Assembly (NCBI RefSeq): GCF_004010195.1
Contig: NC_057716.1
Coordinates: 15,080,373 to 15,144,372 of the forward strand
Reading direction: 5' to 3'
DNA from: Chiloscyllium plagiosum
Taxonomy: Eukaryota
Length of the DNA stretch: 64,000 nucleotides
Position 1 is the stretch's first letter, and the number at the start of each line of letters is the position of its first letter. Below are positions 52,301 through 64,000 of the stretch, piece after piece. A program made the position numbers and the translations under genes. The notes under the pieces were generated by a model that worked only from the letters and a program-made list of their open reading frames with translations, made no database searches and was not told the origin of the DNA.

Positions 52301-55300
52301 GTGCCCTGAGTTTTACTCCAGTTCATACCTTTTCCAGTTAGCATAATTTTCAGGCTGTGTCAGGGAATTGCTATCTAGCACTTTGTGAAGCTTCACGATT
52401 AGGATTGACAGAATGGGTCTTCTCTTCTCCCGTTGCTCTCAGCATGTTTGGGTTAGATTCATTAGTCACAGTGTTAAGCCTGTCCACTGGCTGGAGAACT
52501 TGAGTTGGTCAGATGTGCCACAGTGGGGTGCTAAGTTTGGAGGGCAGTGGGGAGTCCTCCTATGGAGTTGGTACTTGCCACCATAGATCACAGGGTGCCT
52601 GAGCTGAAGATAGTCTCTGACTCTAGCTGGAGGGCAGGTCTACCAGGGTGGCCTGCCCACAACATTTTGCCATACCTGCAAGGGGATGCCTCTCATGAGG
52701 TTTCAGTTGACTATTCCGAATCTTCCTGGGGAAAGTTGGGAAGTTGACAGGCTTTCCACTGCGCACATTTGTACATGATTAAATGATGCCACCCATCCCT
52801 CAGCCTCAAATCATAGAACCCCAATGGTACAGAGAGAATTTGAAACTGACCATCCAGACAGCATCCCACCTTCTCCCCTTATCCCAACATTTTCCATAGA
52901 CAACCCATCAACCAGCACACCTCTGGACACTGTGGGGCAATTTAACATGGCCAATTCACCTAACCTGCACGTCTTTGGGCCGGAGCACTCAGAGGAAACT
53001 CGGACAGAACAAGGGAAAAATATGCAAACTCCACGCAGTCACCCAATGGTGGAATTGAAGCTGGCTTCCTGGTGCTGTGAGGCAGCAGTGCTGACCACTT
53101 TATCATCATACTGCCCCACCACACCCCATCCCACCCCACAATCCCCTCCCCACCCCCATGCTTCCATAGCATTTAATTCCACTCTCTGTTTTCATGCTGA
53201 CCTGAGACTCCCTGTTAGCACAAAGATGTATCCCCTGACCCTGGGCAAATATCTGGCCTCCAAGCTACTGATATCATCCTGCTGTGCATTGACCAGACTG
53301 TCTTTTGGGAGGGGAGAGATCAGGATTACCAAACCTGCAACACCAGACTTTGGAGATTTGTTGCGCAGTGTGATTCTGCTGCTGCTTTGCTGTTCCTCAA
53401 AGTTTGTCTCTAACACGCCAGGGCCTCAATTGACAATTTGCCCTTAAAAATATTTCCCTTGCTTCCAGTGATCATTAGCAAATGATGGACATCAGTAGAT
53501 GAATAACTTGGAGAGGAGATACTGGGAAAGGAGGACAGGGAGGTTCCCTGCCTTGTGTTGTTCCTCCACTCATTTCAGTTCCACTCAGAAATTGTTGGAA
53601 TAAAAATTGAAAATTGGTGCCTTCCAGTGTACACATAGAGGTGTGAGGGTGAGGGTGCTCTGACATTCCATACATAACATTTGACTCCTCAACATGAACT
53701 GTCATTCTCTCCTGGTCTTGCAGAGCTCTGTTGGCTTCTCTGCTGTCTTCTGGCTATTGGTTCATTGGTGTCAGCAATTATCAAGAGTCCCAGAGTGGGT
53801 CTAAGCCCCAACAACATCACTGACATAAATGAGAGCCAGGAAAGAGTTAACTGGATCAGTCCTCCAGTGCTCTTCAGTGATGCGTTCTATTTTTACAGTG
53901 CCAGAAAAAGGAGTAAAAATATTGACATTAGAACAAAATTGGAGATTTTCCCATGAAAACTACATCAGTGAGCACAAAACATAGATTCATGGCACCCATG
54001 ATGCTACCTAATGTGGCCTCTTGGTGTTGAAACTGCAATAATTGCATGGATGTTTAACCTTGTCGTGAAATAGAATAATGAGCCATAATTTCCAGTAATG
54101 TGCAGACAAAGCCCAAATATGAGAACTAGAATAGATTCAAATTCATAAGAATTGTCCCACATGCTTAACAACTCAAAGAATTCACAAAGTACAACTCCTG
54201 TTAACTCTGAGCATTGAAATACACCATCAACAGTAAATGGCGTTATTTCTGAAAGGAACATTCTTCTGCCTCGCCAGCACACCCAATGAGGATAAGTTTG
54301 TTTGCAGTTGCCTCCCCTCATTCACTGTAACCCACACACTTTAGAGAAATAGAAGTCCTCTGTAGGAGGCAACAGATAACCATTTCAAACTTTGAATACA
54401 TCTTGGTCACAGTGCTCAGAACAGCCAACGCAACTTCACACGGAGCTGAACACTATATAACAGCCCTGACTTTGGTGTGACAAGGCTCTACTGAATGAGA
54501 CCATTTATTCACTCTATAATGAAGAAAATATGCTGCTGATCTTGGAAAGTGAACCCATATGACCCCCTGGTTTAAAAAATAAACGTCTGGTAAATGAGGC
54601 TTGCACTCACAAACAAAGTGTTTGTCATCGTTTGGTGTATATTTCACAGCAATCCACTCACGTTAACAGGGGCAGTGAAGAAATGAAGGCAGAAATGTTT
54701 GTCTGTCATGAGCTCAGTACTTACAGCAATCTTTGTGGGCCGGAAACTGCAGCTAGAATCATCAAACTCCAGCCCAGAATTTTTGGAGCAGACGGTTTCT
54801 TTCACGGAAAATGCTAAGTCCACATTGTAGGAGAACTTTCCTGTGGGAGAAAGCTAGATGAAGGAATAGATGTTAGTTACATGCCCTCAAGAAATGTAAT
54901 TGATTATGCTCTGAGATTGATCAGTTAATGGTATAAATATATACTTATACAGATAAATACTGATAATGTCAATAAAGGGAACAAGTGGATCTGGCATAAT
55001 TAAATTTCTGGAAGACTTTGGAAAAAGTCACACACATGAGATTAATAAACAAAATCAAAATGCATGGAATGGGGCAATATAACAGCACGGACTGAGGATT
55101 GGTTAACAGGCAGACAGCAAGGATAAATGGATTATCCTCAGGTTGGCAGGCTGTGACAAATAAGATGCCACAAGGATCAGTGCTCAGATCCTATCAACTT
55201 TTCATCAATTTGTATCAATGATTTAGATGTGGGAACCAATTGTACTATTTCCAAGTTTGCAGATTATTACAGGGTATGGGAATGTGAGATTTATGGAGGA

Positions 55301-58300
55301 TTCAAAGAGGCTTCAAGCAGACTGAGTTGGAATATATAGCAGATGGAATGTAATGTGGATGAGTGTGAGGCTATCCACTTTTATAGGTGGGAGGGAGACT
55401 CAGCGTATTTCTTAAATGGTGAGAAATTGGGCAATGTTGATGTGCTAAGGTGACTTGTTCGTAAGTCACTGAAAGCTGACATGCATGTGCAGCAAGCAGT
55501 TGAGAGAGCATGCAGTGTGTTAGCCTTTATTGCAATTGCTTCAGTTGTACAGAAGACTGGTAAGACTGAACCAGCAGTATTGTGTACAATTCTGGGCCCC
55601 TTAACCAAGGAAGTACACTCTCACCATGATTTTACTGCTCCTCGGATGCGCCTGAACTGCTGTGCTGTGCTTTTCCAGCACCACTCTAATCTAGACTCTT
55701 ACCATTGAGGCAGTGCAGTGGATGATCTGCAGACTGATGCCTGGTATGGTGGATTCTCCTTTGAGGATAGATTGAAGAGACAGGGCCTGAATTCTCTAGA
55801 ATTTAGAATAATTTTTGGGTAACAAGGGCTCCAAGGATCGTGCAAAAGTATGTGTGTGAAGTAGATGATCAGCCATGATTCAGACTGGGGAAGCAGACTC
55901 AAGGGGCTGAACGGCCTACTCCAGCTCCTAGCCTCCTATGTCATTCCTGCAACACAGGAGGTTTCCTGCTCCCTGAATACCCGGCTCTCCATCAGATGAA
56001 TGGTTACGTCAGGGCCTTGTTGATGGATTTCCTTCAGGTGATTCATGGTGAGTGTTGGTGCCCTCAAAAAACTATCATGGCAGGCAACAACAGAGGATCC
56101 TCACCCAGCTCATCTCTCTGGCCAGGAGTCATTTGGACAGATTCCCAGCTCTACTGCCCTTGGGTCACTGAAGTACAATATGACTGACACATAGTGTACA
56201 TTATTAAAAATCTGTTAAAGCTATACATACTGAGAACTGAACTGTGACAAATTAGCTGATCATGAGGAAGAATTTTTGCATCCAGAGAGTGGTGAATTTC
56301 CAGAATTCTCTGCCCAAGAGGATTGTGGCACCTCAGCTGTTCAATATGCTCGAGGCCTAGACCAATAAATTTCAACAAAGTAAAAATATCAAAGACTATG
56401 TGGGTAGTGCATGAAAATAGTGTTGAAGTTGATCAGCCATGATCTAGAATTGTGCAGCAGGCTTGACAGACTGAATAGCCCACTTCTGCTTCAGTTTATT
56501 ATGTCCTTATGAATGTTGGGAGGTGGTGTACAATGCAGAACAGTATCCTTCTGCTTGAATTCTCATTGGGGTCTTAATAATATTACAATATGTGCATGTC
56601 ATGTTTGCCATGCTGAGTCTTCATTCATGCCTTTGTTATCTCTAGGCTTGGCTATTTCTAATGCTGTGTCCTAGCAGCCGCACACTATAAACTTTGCGTT
56701 CATCTCAAATTCTACCACCTCTGGTGCATTCACCCATCATTCTGTGCTTACTGACCTACATTAGTGAAGTAAGTTTTTAATTGTCATCCTTGTTTACAAA
56801 TCCCTCCAGGTCCCTATCTCTGCAATCTCTTCCAACCCTGTAACCCTCCGTGATATCTAATTCTGTTTTCATCAACTCCCACAATTATAAATCTTCAACA
56901 TTTGCAGCAGCCCCTTAAGCTTCCTGAGTCCTAAATTCTGGAATTCTCTTAATCCTCTCTACCTCTTTATCTCTCTTCCCTTTCTTAGGACGATTTGGAA
57001 AGGGGGACATACAGTGAGATCTGGGTGTCCTTGTGAACTTGTTGCTGAAAGAAGCATGTGGGTGCAGCAGGCGATGGAGAAGGCAAAGTTGACTTTCATA
57101 CACAGAGGATTTAAGTACAGAGGCAAGGATGATTTGCTGCAATTGCGCAGGGCCTTGTGAGACTACATCTGGAACGTTGTATGCAGTTTTGATCTCTTTA
57201 TCTGAAGGAGGATGTCCTGGCTATAGAAGAAGTGCAACAAAAATTTACCAGACTGATTCTTGGGATGGAATGTATGAAGAGAGACTGGGATTGGTTAGGC
57301 CTATATGAACTATACTTCAGAAGCATGAGAGGGAATCTCATAAAAACCTGTGCAATTCTGACAGGACGAGACAGACAAACACAGAAAGGATGCACATGAT
57401 GACCAGGGTGTCCAGAACCAGGGGTCACAGTCTAAGGATATTAATAGGTCATTTGGGACTGCAAGGATGAGAAATATCTTCATTGGTGAATGGTGAGCCT
57501 TTCTCTGTCAAGTGGTTGAGGCCAAATTATTGAATGCATTAAGAAGAAAATCGATGCAGTCCTTAGTGATAAAGAGCTCAATATGTTTGGAGAGCAAAAG
57601 GGAACAGGGTACTGATTTGGGTGGTCAACTATAATTATATTGAATGGTGAAGCAGGCTCGAAGGGTTAAATGGCCAATTCCTGCCCCTATACGCCATTGT
57701 TTTTATGTTTAAGGTGCTGTCTTAAAATATGCCATTGTGACCAAAGATTTAATTATCTGTCCTAAATATCTCAACATATCTAAATATCATATCATAATCT
57801 TAGGGCTGAACAGGCTCTTTGTGGTACCTCAGCTGCTTGCTGCATCACATTGCTGGTTAGGAGGAGTGACCAATGGACTCCTCTGGTTGGGGTACCCATT
57901 CCATCTTCAAACTGAATACTCTGCCCCCACCTCACCTGCATTAGACCTTCCAAAGGTCACCTCAGTCAGAAAACAGTTTGCTCCATGGTCACGAAGAGAT
58001 TAATAGGGATGCAGTGAATAGTGATAATGCAGATTGTAATTAAGAGGTTGCAATTGGTGAGGGGTGTGTGTGTTCGGCAGTTGTAGTTGGTTGGTTGTAT
58101 GAGTGGACGGTGACGGAGTGGGGACTGGGTATAATGGGGGTGTAGGTTGAGTGTGATGGAAGAGGGTTGGATGTGATAGGGCAGGGATTGGGTGTAATGG
58201 AATGGACATTGTTGTCTTTGAGTTGGGATATATGTGTGTGTGCTCTTCTCAGGAGGCGGTGGCCTGCTGAGGACAGTGTGCCACAATATTCCAATGGAGA

Positions 58301-59174
58301 CTCTGAAATGCCCAGGGAAAGATGACTTGAATAGCAGCGGGGTGTTATAATCTGCCCAGGGAGTCCATTCGTTCGAGAAACTTTGCATTAATGAACCTCC
58401 TACCTGAGGAGCTTCCCTCAGCTTCGAGCACGAGCCTCAGGAAGTAGAGTAACAGTGTGGGATCCGGGTGTGATCAACTAGATTTCAGGGATCCATCAAT
58501 CAGAGGGATTTAAAACTCCAACCTCTAATCCCTATTTATTTGCAGAATGTTAAAAAGTAAAAGCTAGAAACCAGTGATGATCTCTCAAACATACAGCTTG
58601 CGAGCAATTTCAGTCTCACTCGCAAGGGTTAATCTCATTTCCCGACTTCGATTTCAAAATTGAATTTTGAATTACGATATAAACCCCCGAACTGCGATCG
58701 CCATCAGTCTAAGTGTCATGTAACAGTCTGCATTTGTTTAATAATCCGGATGGAACTGCACTCAGTAATATTCCTGTCGAGTTTACAGAGTGGAACAGAC
58801 TGAGACCAGCACACACTTACATCTGTCACTGTGCTGCTGATGCTACGGCAAAGATGACTGATTTCACTTATTTCATTCAGCTTCATAACAGCTGCCCGCA
58901 GAGCGTCCTCAGGGTTTGGTACTCCTGTGAAGGAGAAAAGAAAATTGTGTAAAATATCCTGTTGCTGCTCAGTTTTCGACTAAGCAAGTCATTAATAGCT
59001 GAAGTGCCACGTTTTGAACTCTTCAGCGAATTATTTTCCAACCTCGGTGATATCTGAGGGAGTGAACCTCATTGGCAATAACTCGTTGCTTGATGAGGAG
59101 CCACTCTCTCTCTGGGACCTACCTGAGCAGTGGAGAATCTGCACTGCAGCAATGGTGAGGAGGAAGGCTTTCAT
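49349..59174 (-). CDS. spp2: SPP2/spp24-like paralogue C (6 exons, 213 aa, expanded basic exon 4)
   Basis: Exons 59174-59123, 58924-58821, 54853-54725, 52022-51741 (282 nt), 49553-49509, 49378-49349. Same phases as A/B, all Cys conserved, no stop codons in the spliced frame. Confidence 0.8.
49509..49553 (-). CDS. C exon 5, 45-nt repeat exon LKMSSRESWMEESLN
   Basis: atgcag|CTG ... AAT|GTGAGT. Confidence 0.75.
51741..52022 (-). CDS. C exon 4 (94 aa; C-x17-C loop, basic insert, NSSEE end)
   Basis: ttctgcag|GAG ... GAG|GTAAGC; lies within ORF 51627..52202. Confidence 0.8.
52850..53105 (-). mobile_element. Decayed HE1-type SINE in intron 3 of C
   Basis: GGGCAATTTAACATGGCCAATTCACCTAACCTGCAC...GAGGCAGCAGTGCTGACCAC. 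Confidence 0.7.
54725..54853 (-). CDS. C exon 3 LSPTGKFSYNVDLAFSVKETVCSKNSGLEFDDSSCSFRPTKIA
   Basis: catctag|CTT ... GCT|GTAAGT, 129 nt. Confidence 0.85.
55000..57710 (+). mobile_element. Several decayed CR1 fragments (~55000-55930, ~56255-56510, ~56995-57710) in intron 2 of C
   Basis: PQGSVL, SKFAD and CR1 3'-end motifs; Penelope-derived insert at ~55635-55697. Confidence 0.75.
58821..58924 (-). CDS. C exon 2 VPNPEDALRAAVMKLNEISEISHLCRSISSTVTD
   Basis: ttcacag|GA ... GAT|GTAAGT, 104 nt. Confidence 0.82.
59123..59174 (-). CDS. C exon 1: signal peptide MKAFLLTIAAVQILHCS(G)
   Basis: One nucleotide different from A/B exon 1. Confidence 0.85.
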
Positions 59175-59264
59175 TCTGCCTCTTGTGTGATCAGCTGGCT
59201 GCTTTCTCAGAGTAAAGGAGCTGCTTCTCTCTCTTGCTCTGCCCTTTCCCTGCTGCGTTCAGTC

Positions 59265-59311
59265 TTTATATCCTGTGCCTCCACCACAATCAAACACTGA
59301 CTCATATTTAC
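59265..59311 (-). promoter_or_regulatory. Proximal promoter of C (same cassette)
   Basis: TATAAA 59270-59265; ACCACA 59283-59288; TGACTCA 59298-59304; TATTTAC 59305-59311. Confidence 0.6.
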
Positions 59312-60059
59312 TCAGTTTGGTCCTGGGCAGGGGAAGCTGCTGACAAGTGGCTGTAATATGATTAAGGTTTCTTCCATTATAGCCAGATGTGCAGTTCTAA
59401 GAATGGAACATTCAGTTGCTAAACTTTCAGTCCAGAGAATTGCCTCGCCAAACGTGGGAGTAACAGGAGTATGAACTTCAATCACGTTTCGTTCTAATTC
59501 AGGCTTTAAATGATTTTAGTTTCTTCGTTCAAGTTGCCTTTTCAGTTGGAAAAAAAAAGGGGACTCTTTGCATTTGATTTTCGCTTCCCAGTCACAATAT
59601 CTCCTGGAGTTAAATACTTTCCTCCAACTCTACTGCTCTCGCCTGCCACATGATCTCATTTAGTGAGTGATGTGAATAGTGGAAAGGTTTTGGGCAGGAG
59701 CTCAGACCTTTTAAATAATCCAGCTGGTTTTGGAAGAAACGCATTATTTCTGTTATGAATCATCCCAAGATCCTTTTACGTTGTGTCTCCATTTCCCAAT
59801 TTCCACTCTTGGCTTGTGAGGATAATAGGAATGCCTATGACTTCGTGTTGTCTAGATTTTAGGTGAAATGGCTGTTATTCCACTAAAAAACAGGGCTGTG
59901 ATGCAGAGCAACTCCATCTGCTGACCAGTCTCTCGCCAGATACAAGGCTATCTTCAAGAGGGCAGCATGGTTAAATTGCTGCTGCATTCATGTATCTACC
60001 AATTCCAGATTAAACTAATTTAGATCTCTTATTCAGTGGCCTGGATGAACCCAAGTGAA

Positions 60060-60490
60060 CACTTAAAGTGTAAAGCCAGATGTTTACTGGAAAGGTAACA
60101 GGGAAATTATGGTTATGTGGACAGACTGGAGAATCTGGCCTTGCTTTCCGGAGAGGAAAGAAGCCTGAAAGGTGATTTGATCAAGGTGTTTAAAATGATG
60201 GAGGATTTGTGAAAAGGATATGCAAACAAATTGCTTCCATTGGCTGGAAGTTCATTATCCAGAGATATCAGTTGAAAGTTATCAGCCAAAGAATGACGAG
60301 CAACATGAAGAAAAATTAATTTTAATCCAATGAATTGTTAGAAATTGGAATGCATGCCTCACAGGGCAATGGACACAGATTCATTTGTCATCTTCAATAC
60401 GGAATGAGATAAAGACTTGAAGGAGAAACACATTCAGGGATATGGGGAATGGACTTGATGGGCTGAATCCCCTCCTTCAGTGTTATCCGT
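60060..60490 (+). mobile_element. Old CR1 3' fragment
   Basis: KGDLIKVFKMM...RNWNA; CR1-like 3' end. Confidence 0.6.
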
Positions 60491-61309
60491 ACCAGATTCT
60501 GGATTGATTGTAAATGAATCTAACTGCAGGGGGAGTCAGCATCCTAACATTAACCTGAACTTAGACCACTGAGCTGTGGAAAATATGGAGAAATGCAACT
60601 GGGACATTGATTTCCTGGACTCTCCCCTGATTCCATCATGTAACATGTATTCTACACACCTTAAAAACATCTTTGTTGGGCAGCCCCTCTAATTCTCCTG
60701 TGTCGACTTGCTTTCTAATTCCCCTTTCTGAGGAGTCCTGTAGGGAACTGTGCCAAAGATAGAATGTAACTTACTGTTACAATCTTGTGGGTAATTGTGA
60801 TAGCCATTCAGAACTCTGAGAAAAGTCAGCCAAGGATCATGCATGATAGAAATCTCATACGAAGTTTGAGGTCACATACCTCCAGGCCAAAGAACGTTAG
60901 TCAACAAAGGAATAATTATACTATGAAAAAAAAACATTACAAACATTGGCAAGTGGGCAAATGGGGAATGGTTACAAAGTATATGTAATTAACAATGCTT
61001 GACTACAAGAACAATCCTAGAAGCAGATGTAACTTGAATCATAGTATCCAAGAGTACAGAAGTCAAGCTTTCAGTCTGTTCACCACTCCTATTTTGTTCC
61101 CTTCTCCCACTGGACTTTTAATTTTCCAACATTTACTTTTGGACATTTAGCAACAAGATATCAAAGATATCAAACAAGAAACAAAACAATGAAGGAGCAA
61201 TGCTCCGAAAGCTAGTGCTTCTAATTAAACCTTTTGGATTATAACCTGGAGTTGTGTGACTTTTAACTTTGTACATCCCAGTCCAACACTGGCATCTCCA
61301 AATCATGAG

Positions 61310-61720
61310 TGCAGAGGGAGCATTGCACCTTGGATAGCTGGCACTGAGGGAGACCAGCACTATTGTAAGGTCAATACTGAGGGAGCACTGCATTTTCAGA
61401 GTGTCAGTACTAAGGGAGCTCTGCATTGTCAGTAGGTCACTACTGAGGCAATGGCTACACTGTTGGTCAGTCAGCACTGAGTGAGTACTGCATTGTTGGA
61501 TGGTCAGTACCGAGGAATGCTACACTATTTTATGATCAATACTAAGAGAGAGCTATAGTATTGGAGAGTAAGAACTGATACAATGCTACATTGGAGGTTT
61601 AATACTGAGGGAGTGCTGCACTGTTAGAATTTCTGTACCGAAGAGTGCTGCACTATCAATACTGAAAAGAGTGCTGCATTATCGGATGGATGGCACTGAG
61701 TGAAAATTGTACCATTGGAG
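61310..61720 (+). repeat. Degenerate ~33-bp minisatellite (ACTGAGGGAGTGCTGCACTGT...)
   Basis: About 12 imperfect units; flanked by two related repeats at ~61188-61306 and ~61735-61855. Confidence 0.75.
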
Positions 61721-64000
61721 AAGCAATTCTATTGGTGTGAGTACTCGCTTTTGAAATGCTGCTCCTTCATCAGGTGGTTATGGAGTCCTTCTAAATAAAC
61801 CTGTTGGACTATAACCTGGTGTTGTGTGATTTTTAACTCTGTACACCCCAGTCCCATAATTTCTGTATTTTGAATAAAATGTTAAATTGTGGCCCAGTTT
61901 TGTTCTTTTTGGTGGACGAAGAATAGTCTATTGTGTTATTTTGAAGAGTTCTTGGAGAGTTCTTGTTGGTATCTTGACTAATATTCATTACTCAGTCAAC
62001 ATCAATAAATCAGATTATTTGGCCATTATCACATTGTCCCTGTAATCTTACTGCACACAAACATATTGCCACACTTCATACAACAGTGACTGCACTTTAA
62101 AAGGCTTTCCTGGCCATAAAGTGCTTTGGGATACACTGAGGTTGTGAGAGAGAGAGTGAGCGCTAAGACAGTGAGAGAGCAGCCCTGAAGTGCATCCTCA
62201 TCTTATCCATGAACTGGGTGCCTGACCTGTGTGTAAGTGTCCTTAGGGCAACAGTGCAATGAAAGGTTCCAGTGCACTCCAAAGTGGAGAATTAAAATGC
62301 AGAACTATACCACAAATGGGTTAGAGATGTGGCATGATAGTGTCGTGAGACTGGTATTTGTCAGATGCCAAGCTTCATGGAATGGGGATGGGGTCCTGTG
62401 CAGTCACTGTCCATGAAGATTGCCTGCCATATCGCTGCCTGGGGTCCATGATGAAGGTCAGAGGAGCAAGCAGGAGTGGGACTCACCAGGTAATTCCTCT
62501 GATTTTCTTATTGGAAATTGCCACTCTTTAGTCTCTATCCAGCGGGCGTGAGAATAGGAAATTGAATCTTCATGAGGTGAGATTAGGTAAATATGAGATG
62601 GGAATGCATGCTAATGTACACAAATAAAATCCTCATCTCTCACTTTGAGGGAATCCCATGTTTCTATTCAGCTATAGGTGGGGATATATCGCTCTTGACA
62701 TTGAGAAGCTCTTGGTGGACATTTCATGCTATTCCCCAACTTTGTTGTCATGGCCCACATCATGCAGAGGATGGGACAATCCCAACCCTTGGTGCTGGAG
62801 GCTTAAGCATAGAAAAGCCTAGCAGTTTTCAATGTAGTTGGTGGAAAGCAGGAGTGCTGGGAGTTTGGGGATTGAAATGGTGACAGTTTAGGGATTGGGA
62901 GGAGACCCAATGTAATTTAATTAAAATGCAGAGAGACAAAGGGACATGAGAAAGAAAATCCAGTCAGTTTGAGACATAATGACTTCTATCTGTCATTAGC
63001 TCCAGCAAAAGTACAGTTTCTCTATTGATTCGCACTCCAGCACTGTACCTAGTGTCTGTTTATTATAGAGCCATCCTAAAAGAAAACACACACACTATAA
63101 GGTATGCACTGGCTCTGGGCCATTTCTCTAATCTTCTGAAATAGACTCATACTGAGTAATGCAAAAATGAAAAGCTAAGGAAATATTGTTAGAATGTTTA
63201 TCTCTCCTCACATTGTGTAAGTGGTTGGTAAATGGGACAGGAGACAGTTTTCCACCCTCCCATTTCACAGGAACATAACCTTCCGGGCAGCATTTGATTG
63301 CACTGCATAGATAACAGAGAGGCATCAGACTGGGAGCTTATCTCCTAACTGTTGAAACATTTGATAGCCAGATAATCCCTGTTGCAGCGACACTCACTGA
63401 AACAGTGTATTGGGAGGGTATGGAATTCCCCATCACAGCAGGCTGTAATGGATTTGCCAGGGAAATTGAAGGTTTCCCTTATCTGTAATACTCAGAAAAA
63501 TCAATTGATAGTGGCAAATTTGAAGACGTACTCCTATGTAACTATTTAACTGAACTCTGTTCAGTTGGCTTCTGGTTATATCAATCTCAGTACACAGCCC
63601 CTCAAGGGGCCACGGTATGAGATTCCCCCACTCTCCTGCACCACTGGGGATTCTGTGTTGATTTCTGGCCTTAATATCACAAGCGCGGTTTGATCTGCTG
63701 TTTTTTACTCGGAGAAACGGACTAATCCCTGTGGGAAGGTACATGTTAATGGGACAACAAATGAAAGATCCATTCTGGATACAGAAAGGGGACACTTAAC
63801 TCCTAAAATCTGGTAGGTTTTGGCTGGTGGGATGCTAAAATGTTAGAGATTGCAAAATACAAAGCTGCTCACTTCTGGTTTTAATGCAGGCGTGCACATA
63901 TCCCTCCTTATTTAACTGGAACCCGAGCTGGCTGAGAAAAAGGACAAAAAAAAATGAAGGGGCAATAAATTTTACCAGAACATAACAGAATTAAAATATA

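Noticed and set aside
52824-53447. Longest ORF in the track (207 aa, plus strand)
   Set aside because: Largely an antisense read of a decayed SINE plus a C-rich tract.
57966-58388. Three overlapping minus-strand ORFs in intron 2 of C
   Set aside because: Same G/T strand skew; no convincing splice sites compatible with the exon 2-3 junction, which is intact without them.
58404-58441. Short inverted repeat CCTGAGG...CCTCAGG next to a donor-like CTCAG|GTAGG resembling the end of exon 1
   Set aside because: Only a 7-bp stem and no signal-peptide ORF upstream; compatible with chance.
14512-59174. Calling the genes true cathelicidins, fetuins or SCPP family members
   Set aside because: A single cystatin domain with a C-x17-C second loop, the following Ser/Glu cluster and extra downstream exons fit SPP2 better; SCPPs lack a cystatin domain and fetuins have two.
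59400-64000. Search for a fourth SPP2-like paralogue or relic exons here and in 1-14000
   Set aside because: No match to exons 1-4 or the 45-nt module was seen by eye; further copies may lie outside the window.

Overview
Eukaryotic, AT-rich, repeat-dense genomic DNA. The repeat content (CR1 LINEs, HE1/V-SINE-type tRNA SINEs with (TAATC)n tails, Penelope-derived elements, L2, Gypsy/ERV and Harbinger remnants) points to a cartilaginous fish, probably a shark (inference). The ORF track misses the real genes. Manual splicing on the minus strand gives three tandem paralogues of a secreted cystatin-domain phosphoprotein of the SPP2/spp24 family: copy A (19217..14512, 11 coding exons, 237 aa), copy B (34662..~32000, 7 exons) and copy C (59174..49349, 6 exons, 213 aa). 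All share a signal-peptide exon and a three-exon cystatin/cathelin-like domain containing the 19-aa C-x17-C loop, but their C-terminal tails differ sharply. A has six tandem 45-nt phase-0 exons encoding acidic S-x-E repeats, an SCPP-like design. B has a 40-nt exon that shifts the frame and gives a 32-aa tail of net charge +12, a cathelicidin-like layout. C has a 150-nt basic/His-rich expansion in exon 4. Promoter, exon 1 and part of intron 1 are homogenised across all three, consistent with gene conversion, and carry a TATA + RUNX + AP-1 + Forkhead cassette. Gene models come from splice-site and phase consistency across paralogues; no expression data or database search was available, so novelty is unverified.
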